This document shows positions 1 through 9,640 of a DNA stretch of 64,000 nucleotides, in pieces. The translations under genes were made by a program, and so were the position numbers. The stretch covers positions 8,050 through 72,049 of the IMG/VR virus record IMGVR_UViG_3300048930_000528. The stretch is one strand, 5' to 3'. This stretch comes from a virus. Within the stretch, counting starts at the first letter, position 1; the number at the start of each line of letters is the position of its first letter. A model generated the notes under the pieces. The model saw only the letters and a list, made by a program, of their open reading frames with translations. It was not told where the DNA came from and did no database searches.

Positions 1-119
1 TTGGGCTTGCGCCACGAGATCTCCGCCCTCAGCGGACTCCACGAAAGGCGCACAGTCAGCCGCGGCGCCGCCATGACGGACGGGGCGATGAACTGCGGTT
101 CTCCGAGGACGACGCTCAT
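1..119 (-). CDS. Partial virion-module protein (5' end only)
   Basis: ATG at 119 preceded by a GAGGT RBS; frame open to the window edge (MSVVLGEPQFIAP...). Confidence 0.55.
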   Translation of the reverse strand, partial: MSVVLGEPQFIAPSVMAAPRLTVRLSWSPLRAEISWRKP

Positions 120-132
120 GGTGTAACCTCAA

Positions 133-549
133 TTACGGGGTGACCTCCGGGATGACAACGAAGAATCCGCGGTAGATCGTCTGGATGTAGCCGGTCGGCC
201 GCTGGACTTGGATGTCGAAGAAGTAGCGCCGGCCGGGCTCGAGCTTCCGGGTGTCGGCCTCCTCAAGCAGGATGTGGCCGATGCCGATGGCAGGCGCGGT
301 CAACTCGATGCCGTTCGCCGTGGAGAGTCGCTTCGCAATCAGCGCACCGCCGGAAAGGATTTCCTTCACTGTGAACCACACGTCATAGCCGGTGATGTCC
401 ACGGGATCACTGGCGTCGTCGAGGATCTGGAAAATGATTGGCTCGGTGTCGCCCATGCCCCACTCGATGGTGGGACCGAAGCCGCCGCCGTTGGCCGGGA
501 ACGTGGTGGCCCCAATGGGATTGCTGGTTGGTGCGGTGGGTGTGCTCAT
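133..549 (-). CDS. Virion structural protein, BppU-N-like Ig-fold domain
   Basis: Start MSTPTAP at 549 with GGAGGT RBS and ATGA overlap with upstream gene; PVDITGYDVWFTVK...YFFDIQV pattern typical of BppU N-terminal domains. Confidence 0.55.
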   Translation of the reverse strand: MSTPTAPTSNPIGATTFPANGGGFGPTIEWGMGDTEPIIFQILDDASDPVDITGYDVWFTVKEILSGGALIAKRLSTANGIELTAPAIGIGHILLEEADTRKLEPGRRYFFDIQVQRPTGYIQTIYRGFFVVIPEVTP

Positions 550-1178
550 CGGGTTACCTCCGTCATTTCCTTTGCGCCCAGGTACAGGCCTTGGCGCTTG
601 GTGAGCCAGTCGCGCTCGTACGTCTGCCACGACTGGAGATCGTTGTCAGAGCGGCGGGCCAACTCCGATTTCACGTACAGGGCGATCGCCTCGGCCTCGC
701 GCAGGCCAAACTTCGGCAAGCCGTCGCCGTCGGCGAAGGTGCTTTTGATTCCGTCCCACACGATGACCAAGCGGCGGTCGGCCTGCACGTAGGGCGACAC
801 GTAGAAGATCCCGCCCCATCCTGCGATGGCAATGGCGCCGTTCTCCCGCCCCCCGCGGATCAGGGAGTAGCGGTCGGCAAAAGACACTGAGGCGAGATCC
901 GTCCGTCCGGTCTCGTTTCCATCGGCGTCGAGCGAAGCGATGTAGGCCTCGCGCGGACGGGCGCGGTCGGGAAGCGTGCCGCGGGATGCCAGCCCTTCAA
1001 CCACGAGGTCGCTCTGCTGGTAGATCGCCTCCAGTCCCTCGCGGTAGTACGGCACAAGCTCCTGAATGCTCGTGAGCGCCGCCTCGATCAGCCGGTCGAT
1101 AAACGTCTGCGCGCCCTCCCGCTCCGCATCGACGGGCAGGAACTCACGGACGAGTGCCTTGAATTGGGACCAGGTCAT
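546..1178 (-). CDS. Probable head-tail adaptor / tail tubular protein
   Basis: 210 aa, MTWSQFKALVR N-terminus, position just downstream of the capsid gene. Confidence 0.5.
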   Translation of the reverse strand: MTWSQFKALVREFLPVDAEREGAQTFIDRLIEAALTSIQELVPYYREGLEAIYQQSDLVVEGLASRGTLPDRARPREAYIASLDADGNETGRTDLASVSFADRYSLIRGGRENGAIAIAGWGGIFYVSPYVQADRRLVIVWDGIKSTFADGDGLPKFGLREAEAIALYVKSELARRSDNDLQSWQTYERDWLTKRQGLYLGAKEMTEVTR

Positions 1179-1274
1179 CTGCGCTTCGGTGATTCTTCGG
1201 CCAGTTCAACAGGCGGAGCCTGTCGTGTGGTGCGGATTGCTACGGATTCAGGTGCCGCGGGCTCGGCCGGCTTC

Positions 1275-1607
1275 TTAGCGTCGGCGACTTGTTGCGGAGT
1301 AAGGGTGCGTCCCGCACGATCGGCAATTGCTGCCCGGGGCGGAGGAGACGGCTGGCTGTTGCGCGGCGAGGGTGCGAAGGAACTGACTTCCTTCCTCGGA
1401 TTTTTTTTTTGCCTCCTCGTACTCGGAGGAGGTGATCTCGCTGACCTGCGGGATGCCGGCCGCAGCCAGGGTGCTCGCAGCAGGTTCCCCCACTGCGAGC
1501 ACCCCAAGCCACGAGCCACCGACGTTAGCAACGGGCTCGAAAGTAAACACCAGCCCGCCAGTCTTGTACTGGCGGCTGGCGTTGGTGGTCTTGAAGTACC
1601 TCATCAC
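1275..1607 (-). CDS. Putative capsid decoration protein; longer form via slippage at A10 would end at 1175
   Basis: Directly after the major capsid gene; A10 run at 1401-1410; +1 frame stays open to a TGA overlapping the next ATG (1175-1178). Confidence 0.6.
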   Translation of the reverse strand: MMRYFKTTNASRQYKTGGLVFTFEPVANVGGSWLGVLAVGEPAASTLAAAGIPQVSEITSSEYEEAKKKSEEGSQFLRTLAAQQPAVSSAPGSNCRSCGTHPYSATSRRR

Positions 1608-1631
1608 GTCGGGATCAGGTAGCCCTCAAGC

Positions 1632-3347
1632 TTAGCTGGCCGGGTTCGGGACAGTGCAGCCCAGCGCGCTGATGTTCGGGCACTCGCCCGAGAAGTTGTA
1701 GATGATCAGGTGGCGGTGCGGCCGGTCGAGCATCGGCGTCCACTTCGTCGAGCGCAGGTTGTACTCCTGCACGTTCGGCGTGATGACGCACTTGTACTCG
1801 CTGCGGGTCTTGGCGTCCGGGTCCGTGCGCTTCACCGACTTCGTACCGGCCACGCCGATCTTCATGTCGGAGAAGTCGAGGAACCACAGCATGCGACCGC
1901 GGGAGCGGAAGTCTTCGCCGCCGACGGTCGTGTTGAATGCCGACACGTGATCGTCGAAGAACGAGTCGTGGAAGACCGCCCACTGCACGCCCGCATCCGG
2001 GATGTCGTACATGTTGTAGTTGAAGAGCACCACGCCGTCGTGGGTGATCTTCTCGCCGATCTTGGCGTAGCGGATGGTGTCCCAGCCCTTCCGATCCTTG
2101 TAGTACTTCGCCATGACGTCGTCGATCTTGCCGGCCGTCCAGCGGTCGGTCAGGGAGTCGATGACGGAGATCTTGTCGCCGTCGGCCTCGCGGTACCGCT
2201 TGAGGTAGTACAGCTGCTCGAAGATGTAGTCGAGGTCGAGCGGCGCACCGTTCATGTCGATGACGCGCTGGCAATCCGACAGGATGGTGAAGAAGCCGAG
2301 GGCGTTCGCCTTGTACTCGAGCGGGCAGTTCGGGGCGAGGACGTCGCCGATGGCGTCGAGGTCTTGGTAGCCTTCGACGGTCTGCTTGTCCGAGATCCGC
2401 TGGCCGTAGAACACCGAGTTCATCCAGGCGTTCTCCTCAAACATCGTCATTTGCTTGTTCTGCTCGGCGATGTTGTTGTACTGGAAGCCCTGCATGAACG
2501 CGTTGATCTTGCCGGTCATGATCGCGTCCAGGATCTTCTTGTACTGCTCGTCGATGCAGCGGGAGAACCGGGTCGTCTGGAGCCAGTTCACGATGATCTT
2601 CTTGCTCAGGTTGACCGGCGGGTTGTAGCACCACGACTCGCGGTCGGAGACTGAGTTGGCACCGGTCTGGGCCACGCCGAAGGTCGGCTGGTAGGCAGCC
2701 TTCTCGCCGGAGTTATAGCCGGCCCACGTGCTGGGCGCGACGTTGGGCTCGACGGTGACGATCGCCTTGGAGACGCCGCCGGAATCCGCGTTGATGGCAG
2801 TGACGATCTTGAAGACGAGGGTCTTCGCGTTCTTGGCGGAGCTGTCGTCCCACGTGAGGACGATCAGGGTGTTGCCCGGCAGGAAGTGCCGCTCGATGTT
2901 TTCGAGGTCTGTCTTCAGCCACGAGTTGCCTAGGTTGAGCGTCAGATCCCACGCGGACGCCGGGTAGGCGATGCCGCCGTTGGTCGTGCCCGCATAGGGA
3001 TTGACCGTGCCGGCCTCGATGCCGAAGTAGTTCGCATTCACGTGCGAACGCTGCGGACGCTGGATGTACGGCAGGATGATCGACTGCTCGCCGATCTTCT
3101 GCGTGCCGAGCGCGGACTTGATGTTGGTGATGTTCGAGCGGAGGAAAGTCGCGAAGCCGGATTCCTGAACGCCGAGCACCTTGGCTTCGGCAGCATTCAT
3201 GATGACGCGGGCCAGATCGATTTCCTTGTTGGAAAGCGCCTCCATCTCCCCAGGGGTAAGCCCCTTGATCGACGTGGCGGTGAGGGTGCATCCGCAGGAC
3301 GAGTCAACTTTGACTACGCGCGGGAGACAGTTAACAACGAGTGCCAT
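1632..3347 (-). CDS. Major capsid protein (probable)
   Basis: 571 aa, strongly biased high-expression codon usage, downstream of portal and scaffold, followed by adaptor genes. Confidence 0.75.
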   Translation of the reverse strand: MALVVNCLPRVVKVDSSCGCTLTATSIKGLTPGEMEALSNKEIDLARVIMNAAEAKVLGVQESGFATFLRSNITNIKSALGTQKIGEQSIILPYIQRPQRSHVNANYFGIEAGTVNPYAGTTNGGIAYPASAWDLTLNLGNSWLKTDLENIERHFLPGNTLIVLTWDDSSAKNAKTLVFKIVTAINADSGGVSKAIVTVEPNVAPSTWAGYNSGEKAAYQPTFGVAQTGANSVSDRESWCYNPPVNLSKKIIVNWLQTTRFSRCIDEQYKKILDAIMTGKINAFMQGFQYNNIAEQNKQMTMFEENAWMNSVFYGQRISDKQTVEGYQDLDAIGDVLAPNCPLEYKANALGFFTILSDCQRVIDMNGAPLDLDYIFEQLYYLKRYREADGDKISVIDSLTDRWTAGKIDDVMAKYYKDRKGWDTIRYAKIGEKITHDGVVLFNYNMYDIPDAGVQWAVFHDSFFDDHVSAFNTTVGGEDFRSRGRMLWFLDFSDMKIGVAGTKSVKRTDPDAKTRSEYKCVITPNVQEYNLRSTKWTPMLDRPHRHLIIYNFSGECPNISALGCTVPNPAS

Positions 3348-3392
3348 GGGTGTATTGGGTTGCAGTTACTTGCAACCCGAGGTTACACACCC
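3348..3392 (-). promoter_or_regulatory. Stem-loop abutting the capsid start codon
   Basis: GGGTGT(3348-53)/ACACCC(3387-92) and GGGTTGCA(3357-64)/TGCAACCC(3371-78) inverted repeats. Confidence 0.5.
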
Positions 3393-3478
3393 GGCTCCGC
3401 GCATTTCTCGCCAACCCCGAAAATGCCTAGGTTTTTTTCAAAATCGCCAAAAACGGCTTTGTTTTGACATTCCTCAAA

Positions 3479-4168
3479 TCACTTTCGCGCCGCTTCGGGC
3501 CGCTTGGCCACCACGAAAAGATCCTCGCCGCGCAGCGTAGTGGGGTAGCCTGATGCCTCAAGGAATCGCACGATGCGGGAGTGCTGGGTATCCGTGATGG
3601 CATTGCGCCACACGTCGAGCGTCTCGCGCCTATCGATCACGAATCCGGCCGAGCGCAGCAGGTCGTCCAGTTCGTACGGCGCATATTCCCGGACGTGCGG
3701 CCGGTAGAGCATGGGTGGGACAAGCCGCATGGCATGGTGCATGACGGTGATACTCACTGCATTCGGCGTCGTCAGGAACAGCTTCCCGCCGGGGCGGAGG
3801 AGATTGATCGTGGCCCGTAGCATGGAGTCCGCGCCCGTACCTCGCCACTCGGTGGCGATGAGGCCATTTGGCGGATCGACGTCATTGACGTGCTCCAGCA
3901 CCTCCATGCAGAGAACCAAGTCGAAGTGTTGCAGCCGACCCGCCTCGAACATGATCGCCTCGCCCCTGCGCAGGTCGCACGTCGTGGCATGCAGCTCGTC
4001 CTCCGGAAACCGGCTGCGGTAGAGCGGGGTGAATGCGCCGTGCCCGCCAAGCTCCAGCACGCGCAGCGGCTTGCTGCGGTCCAGCGTGGCCAGCCATTCG
4101 AGGCTGACGCGGAACCGCTCCATGTGGTCGCGGGTGTAGGAGTCAGCCGAGTAGTCGCAGGTACTCAT
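3479..4168 (-). CDS. Class I SAM-dependent methyltransferase (Methyltransf_11/23-like)
   Basis: VLELGGHG motif I, FDLVLCMEVLEHV, LRPGGKLFLTTPN. Confidence 0.85.
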   Translation of the reverse strand: MSTCDYSADSYTRDHMERFRVSLEWLATLDRSKPLRVLELGGHGAFTPLYRSRFPEDELHATTCDLRRGEAIMFEAGRLQHFDLVLCMEVLEHVNDVDPPNGLIATEWRGTGADSMLRATINLLRPGGKLFLTTPNAVSITVMHHAMRLVPPMLYRPHVREYAPYELDDLLRSAGFVIDRRETLDVWRNAITDTQHSRIVRFLEASGYPTTLRGEDLFVVAKRPEAARK

Positions 4169-5279
4169 CCTTGTGGATCTCCGTTACGCCAGGCCGGCTG
4201 GCGACAAGTTCAACGGTGGCCGGGTCCGTCACTTCGACGACGCCCGGAAGATTGCCCAGCAAGATCGATCGCGGGCCTTTGGTGTGCTGCCACTCAAGAT
4301 ACCTGCCGACACCCGTGCGGATAGGCCGCGTGGCGTTGGTTGTCTTGAAGTAGCGGGCGCGCGGCGTGGTGAACGCAGCCACGCCCTTGAACTCAAGCTC
4401 GCTGTCCTTGATGCGAACCAAGGCATCGTAGCTGTCGTTGATGCCCACGGTGACAAGGTGCGTGCCATCAAGCAGGACGTGGCCAACGGGGAACACCACG
4501 TAGGGCATCCAGTGTGGCACCGACGGGTTCGGCTGCTCCGGGTCGTTGCCGCTGGCTCGCGCGATCGGTTCGGTGATGCCCACTATGTCGAACGGCGGCT
4601 CGAGTGCGAAGGAGTAGGCCCCGAAGTTGTACCGGCGGATGCGCTCAGGGTGGGGAACGTGCGAGTGGAAGAAGCTGATGAAGGCATCGCTCATGGCCAT
4701 GGGCGGTGTGCCGCCACGCATCTCGCCCTCCGGCCAGTGAATTTGCTGCTTGCCCTTCCACTCATTCACCACGTTGCCATCGTCGTCGATCTCAACCACG
4801 ACATGCGGCGAGATGCGGTACACGAAGAACAGGCGGCCGTCCTTCGAGAAGAACTGCCAGTTCTTCTCGGACTTGTCGAAGTTGCGGCCGTAGCGGATGT
4901 CGATGACACGCTCCACGTCGAGTTCTTCGTCGAGTTGCACGAGCTTCTGCACGGAAACATAGGGCTGCCGGGTGTAGTGGCCTTCGGTGTAGGCCATCAT
5001 CACCTTGTCGCCGTGCATGAAGAGTCGTGCGTCCTCAAACTGCTCATGACCGAGTGGCGCAGGCAGGTTCATCACCTTGATCCGCTTCGAGTCGCGCCCG
5101 TTCAAGACACACAGGACGATCTCGCACCGGCCCTTTGTGGGGTTGAAGTGCCGGGTCGTTAGGATGGTGGATTCACCAAGGCGAATCATCCCGCTGTTGT
5201 AGGCCCTGCCCTTGGCCCACGAATGCCGGATGAAGTCCGCCCGCACCTGCTGGGTGATGGAGGGGATGCGGTCCATCAC
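4143..5279 (-). CDS. Five-bladed beta-propeller glycosyl hydrolase/transferase-like protein (GH130/GT91-like) with C-terminal decoration-like domain
   Basis: FEDARLF, EKNWQFF, RGGTPP, VVFPVG, GIND motifs; C-terminal ~70 aa similar to ORF 1275-1607. Confidence 0.65.
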   Translation of the reverse strand: MMDRIPSITQQVRADFIRHSWAKGRAYNSGMIRLGESTILTTRHFNPTKGRCEIVLCVLNGRDSKRIKVMNLPAPLGHEQFEDARLFMHGDKVMMAYTEGHYTRQPYVSVQKLVQLDEELDVERVIDIRYGRNFDKSEKNWQFFSKDGRLFFVYRISPHVVVEIDDDGNVVNEWKGKQQIHWPEGEMRGGTPPMAMSDAFISFFHSHVPHPERIRRYNFGAYSFALEPPFDIVGITEPIARASGNDPEQPNPSVPHWMPYVVFPVGHVLLDGTHLVTVGINDSYDALVRIKDSELEFKGVAAFTTPRARYFKTTNATRPIRTGVGRYLEWQHTKGPRSILLGNLPGVVEVTDPATVELVASRPGVTEIHKDEYLRLLG

Positions 5280-6712
5280 TCTTCGCCTAGGAGGAGCCGA
5301 CGTGCAAGGGACGGGCGCTCGGCGCCCTCGCTACCGCCGGAGGCCGGGATCGGCGACGGGCGGGGCGCGGGCGGAGCCGATGCGGCCGGCGGGGTCACGG
5401 GAGCCGCAGCCGGCGGGGTGGCCGCGGGAGTGACGGCTGGCGCCTTCGGCGTGCGCTTAAAGCCGGCCTTCTCCAGCCGGGCCTGCTCCTGCGCGATGTA
5501 GTCGCGGGTCGCCTTCACGGCAGTTTCCTTTGCCCGCTCGATGATCTCCTGATTCGTGAAGGTCCAGTACTTCGACCGCTCTGCAACCGGAAGGCGGAAG
5601 TACACGCTGCGAGTGGCGAACCGCTTCCCCTCCTTCATGCGAGCCGCGCCCCCGGACTGCTCGAACTCGTCGCAGGTCTGGTTGATGAACTGGCTGATCC
5701 GGCTGTGCGTCGGATTCTTCTCGTCGAAGGCGGCGATGGCCCGGCCGGTCTTGGGGTTGATGGTCGTCAGCCGCATGAACTCCTCCATGTCGTTTGCCGC
5801 CGTAGCGAACACCTTCTGCGACACCTCGACCTCGAAGGCGTAGTCCTCGCGGAGCTTCGCCATGCCGCTGCCGGGCTTGGCTTTCTCGGCCTCCGCGAAG
5901 GCAGCCTTCATGTCGTCGCTCAGGCCGGCATGCAGGAGTTCGCCAAAGAGCTTGTCGGCCTTCTGCTTGATGACGGGCTCCTCTTTGATGCGGTAGATCT
6001 CGTCGTGCGCTGACTTGATCTGCTCGTCGGTCTCGCGGCGAATCTCCTCGCGGATCTTGGCGGTCTTGAGTTCGTCGGCTTCGAGGGGGTTGAACCGCAC
6101 CGCGTTGGCCGCGAGCCAGTCCTGGTACTCCTCGTTCGTGTCGTCGAAGCGGACGTTCGGGTCTTTGCGCTTCGCCGCGGCGAGGTAGTCGTTGTGCTCC
6201 TTGAAGAACTTCAGGAGCTTGGCAGAGCGGCCGGCGTACTTCTCGGGGTTGGTGCGCTCGCCAATGCGGGCGAGTTCGAGCTGGGCCTTCTCCTCGGGGA
6301 GAAGCTCCGACTCGTCGATGGGCGCAGGGGGCGGCGTCGCAGCAGGTGCCGGGGCCGGCTTGGGCTCCTCCGCGGTTGGCGCGGGAGGGATCTCCTTCTT
6401 CTTCGCACGGATCGGCTTCACCGGCTCCGGTTCGGGAGTGGGCGCGGCCGGCGCGGGTGCCGGCTTCTCCTCGGTCGGCTTGGCCCCCTCGGCGGGCGGC
6501 GTGGCGGCGGGCTCCTCGGGCGCGTCGAGTGCCTCGTGGATCGACCGCGGGCGGTCGTTCTCGTCCACGGGCGGCGGAGTGTCCTCCGCGGGCGCGCCTT
6601 CTTCGACAATGCCGAAGAGGAGCTTGAGGCTGGGATCGAGCGCCGCGTCGCCCGTGGGCGGCGTGGCAGGAGTTGCCGGCGCGGCCGGCGGCGTGTCGGT
6701 GGGAGTACTCAT
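5276..6712 (-). CDS. Capsid scaffolding protein (probable)
   Basis: Pro/Ala/Glu-rich disordered ends, helical core, located between portal and capsid genes. Confidence 0.6.
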   Translation of the reverse strand: MSTPTDTPPAAPATPATPPTGDAALDPSLKLLFGIVEEGAPAEDTPPPVDENDRPRSIHEALDAPEEPAATPPAEGAKPTEEKPAPAPAAPTPEPEPVKPIRAKKKEIPPAPTAEEPKPAPAPAATPPPAPIDESELLPEEKAQLELARIGERTNPEKYAGRSAKLLKFFKEHNDYLAAAKRKDPNVRFDDTNEEYQDWLAANAVRFNPLEADELKTAKIREEIRRETDEQIKSAHDEIYRIKEEPVIKQKADKLFGELLHAGLSDDMKAAFAEAEKAKPGSGMAKLREDYAFEVEVSQKVFATAANDMEEFMRLTTINPKTGRAIAAFDEKNPTHSRISQFINQTCDEFEQSGGAARMKEGKRFATRSVYFRLPVAERSKYWTFTNQEIIERAKETAVKATRDYIAQEQARLEKAGFKRTPKAPAVTPAATPPAAAPVTPPAASAPPAPRPSPIPASGGSEGAERPSLARRLLLGEE

Positions 6713-6721
6713 GTCGAAAGG

Positions 6722-9034
6722 TTACGCGGCTTGCGGCTCGCCAAGTTCGGGCGGCGCAGCGCCAACGGGAAGTGCGGCCGGCGGCGGGCCGGGAGGCAGG
6801 GCCTCGCCTGGAACCGGGGGAGGCGGCTGGGCCTGACCCATCATCTGCGAAAGCGCGGCCTCGATCTGGGCAAGGCGCTGTTCCACGTCGCCCGCTCCCC
6901 CGATGGACTCCTCCTCGCCGTCCTCCAGTTCGAGATTCAGGTCCGTCGCACCGGCCATGCGGGCCAGTTCGTTGACCATGTCGAACAGGCGGCGGGCTCC
7001 GAGCTTCTTGGCCACCGGCTCGATTTGCAGGATCATGCCGAGCAGCTTCGATAGGGCCTCGGCGCCCTGCACGTTGGTCGCACGCTCCGAACCGTCGCGC
7101 GACTCAAAGGTGTAGTCGTACTGGAGCTGAGATACATCGCCAATGACGGTCGTCTTGATCGGGATGATGTCGCTGTCAGGCCGGTCGCGGTAGGCCTCCT
7201 CGTCGAGGAACTTGAAGCCAGCCTTGCGGATCGTGCCCTTCGTGTAGCGGTGGGTGACAGGTACGCGGAAGGCCTGAGTCGAACAGCAAATAAGCGACTC
7301 GTAGAGCAGTCGGCGCACCGCGGCGCGCTGTTCGTCGATGCCGTCGGAGACGAAGGACTGGATCGCATTGGTCGTCGTCGCAATCTCGGCCACCTCGCGG
7401 GCGGCGACGGTCTTCTCGATCGGCTGGCCCGCTTCGTTGGGGCTCATCGCAACGATGCGGTCGGCGAAGGAGACCACGCGCGCCATGGCATCGTAGATCT
7501 CCATGAGCTTCGCCCGCATGTCGGCCTGGATGAAAGTGATGACGGCGTTTGCCCCTTGGTTCGGCGAGTTCAGCCCAAGCTGGCGCATCTTGGCGCCTGA
7601 GTAGAGGAGCACCATGGGGTCGGTGTAGATGCTGCCGCGCTCCGCAGCCTTCTTGATCTCCGCCTGCATGCTCGGCTCAAGGGCATCCTTGTCCACTGCC
7701 CAAATCTGCATGAGGCCCGCCTTGAGGACCATCATCAACTGGGTCATGAGATTCGAGAGCTGGTCTTGGAACGGCATCAGCTCCATCGCCATCGAGGCGC
7801 TGACCTCGCGATCGTCGTTCTCGTTGTACCCACCGTAGCAGGCCGGCAGCGAAGGCATCACCTCGGCGCCAATGATTGTGTGGTCGCCGGCAATCGTGAG
7901 GCGGACCCACACGTCTTGATTCAACTCCGAGACCCCGAGCTTCTTGAAGTTGATCTTCTTGAAGACCTGACCCACCACACAGCCGTTGCTCCGGTTGCGT
8001 TCGTTGTAGATGCCGATCTGGTTGCGACGGTCGTTCTCGCCGGCCGGATTCTGAGAAAGCTCAGGCCAGCTGAGGATCTTCGGGTCGAAGTAGTAGTTGA
8101 AGTACGAGCCGTACTGCTCGAACAGACCGTGCATGCTGTCCCCCATGGAGACGGCATCGAGGTTGTAGTAGTCACCATCAAGGAGGTCGCCAAAGCGGAC
8201 GATGTCCCAGTAACCAATCCAGCGCGGGCCGGTGTCGGTGTTGATGTTGGGTAGGGGGGCGGAGTTATCCCAGAAGGTCCGGGTGGGGTGGGGCGCAACG
8301 AAGTCGATACCCTCGCGCACGATGTAGCTCTCGGTCTCGATCTCCTCGGATTCGAGGTTCACGCTCTTCGGGCGCCAGCCGGTCTGAACATCCCATCCGC
8401 ACCGCGGGAACACGATGCTCCGCGAGTACATGAACTGGTGCCGGTAGGTCTGCGCAAAGAAGTGCCGGTGGTTGTACTGGTTGGCCATCACGTCCACGCG
8501 CTGGGAGAGCGCATCGCCGCGGAGCTTTGCCACGTCGTCCGTACCGCGGGGGGCGTAGGAGAGGAACGGCCACAGGTTGGAGAATCGGGCGGTCTGCGCC
8601 GCCACGCGCCGCGTGACGTTGGCGCGAATCAGATTGATCGGCGTGTCTTGGAGCTTCGGCAGGTTGACCGACAGCCGGTTGTCGTCTCCAGGCTTTTCGC
8701 CCGGCTTTTGGACGACGTACTTCTCCAGTGCCTCCTTACCCATCCCGGTGAGCTGCTGGCAAAGCCCCTCGATCTTCAGCTTCCCCTCCGCCCACATCAA
8801 AAGCGGAATCGTCTCCGGCTGGATCGGTCGCCCATCCATCGCCATGTCCACCGCCTGATACTTCGCTGCGTGGCGCAGGCTGCGACGCATCCCGTCCTCC
8901 ACCAGGTCCATCACGCTGCACTGAATCGCCTTCCTCGCCTTCCCCTTCGGGTCGGTCTCGTCCTTGCACGTGAAGATCGCCCGGAGATCCTGGGGCTCGA
9001 GCTTGTACTTCTTGAGGAGAAGGCGATGGACCAT
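6722..9034 (-). CDS. Portal protein (P22/T7-like size)
   Basis: 770 aa downstream of the terminase; AAREV motif and Pro/Gln-rich tail typical of podoviral portals. Confidence 0.75.
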   Translation of the reverse strand: MVHRLLLKKYKLEPQDLRAIFTCKDETDPKGKARKAIQCSVMDLVEDGMRRSLRHAAKYQAVDMAMDGRPIQPETIPLLMWAEGKLKIEGLCQQLTGMGKEALEKYVVQKPGEKPGDDNRLSVNLPKLQDTPINLIRANVTRRVAAQTARFSNLWPFLSYAPRGTDDVAKLRGDALSQRVDVMANQYNHRHFFAQTYRHQFMYSRSIVFPRCGWDVQTGWRPKSVNLESEEIETESYIVREGIDFVAPHPTRTFWDNSAPLPNINTDTGPRWIGYWDIVRFGDLLDGDYYNLDAVSMGDSMHGLFEQYGSYFNYYFDPKILSWPELSQNPAGENDRRNQIGIYNERNRSNGCVVGQVFKKINFKKLGVSELNQDVWVRLTIAGDHTIIGAEVMPSLPACYGGYNENDDREVSASMAMELMPFQDQLSNLMTQLMMVLKAGLMQIWAVDKDALEPSMQAEIKKAAERGSIYTDPMVLLYSGAKMRQLGLNSPNQGANAVITFIQADMRAKLMEIYDAMARVVSFADRIVAMSPNEAGQPIEKTVAAREVAEIATTTNAIQSFVSDGIDEQRAAVRRLLYESLICCSTQAFRVPVTHRYTKGTIRKAGFKFLDEEAYRDRPDSDIIPIKTTVIGDVSQLQYDYTFESRDGSERATNVQGAEALSKLLGMILQIEPVAKKLGARRLFDMVNELARMAGATDLNLELEDGEEESIGGAGDVEQRLAQIEAALSQMMGQAQPPPPVPGEALPPGPPPAALPVGAAPPELGEPQAA

Positions 9035-9368
9035 GTTTGGGGATCGGGTTCGGAATGATGTCGTTCGTGAAGGGCCGCATTACCTCGGCCTCAAGGAGCG
9101 TCAGAAGCAGGCAGGCCGGTCCGGGGAGCCGGTTCGTCGTAGGGAATGACGACTGGTTGAGGTACGAGTGCGGCAGGCAGATGAGCGACGCCAACTCGGA
9201 GGACGTGAGATTGAGGAAGCGAGCGAGCCGGCAGTATCGGTCGTAGTCCCAGCGAGCGATGATACCGAGCTTCGCATAGTGTAGGTCGAACAGGACGGAA
9301 GCGGGCGTCTTGAACTTCGATGGCCTGTTCTGGAAGACCGGTTTCCAAACCTTATTCTTCGTCGTCAT
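8736..9368 (-). CDS. Hypothetical HTH-like protein with a disordered tail overlapping the portal gene
   Basis: LARFLNLTSSELASLICL HTH-like segment; start MTTKNK overlaps the upstream gene end. Confidence 0.5.
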   Translation of the reverse strand: MTTKNKVWKPVFQNRPSKFKTPASVLFDLHYAKLGIIARWDYDRYCRLARFLNLTSSELASLICLPHSYLNQSSFPTTNRLPGPACLLLTLLEAEVMRPFTNDIIPNPIPKHGPSPSPQEVQARAPGSPGDLHVQGRDRPEGEGEEGDSVQRDGPGGGRDASQPAPRSEVSGGGHGDGWATDPAGDDSAFDVGGGEAEDRGALPAAHRDG

Positions 9369-9594
9369 CGCCGCCGAGATTGGGCATCCCGTCGTCAGCG
9401 TTGTCGTCGTTCGATTCGAGGTCATCGGCGGCTTCGGTGCCGGCCTCGGCCTCTTCGAGTTCAAGGACCAGCGTCTGCTCGTCCTTCGAGTAGATCGCCG
9501 TCGTGAGGTTGACCTTGGCGCCGGGCTCCATGTCGGAGATCAGTTCGGCCACCTCGGGGTTTTTCTTCAGGTCGATGGAGAGTCGTTGGGACAT
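9352..9594 (-). CDS. Small acidic protein
   Basis: MSQRLSIDLKK start; strongly D/E-rich C-terminus. Confidence 0.6.
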   Translation of the reverse strand: MSQRLSIDLKKNPEVAELISDMEPGAKVNLTTAIYSKDEQTLVLELEEAEAGTEAADDLESNDDNADDGMPNLGGDDDEE

Positions 9595-9640
9595 TGGTGG
9601 GAAGCGTGTAAGCTCTGTTTTGAGGTAACAAAATAGAGTG

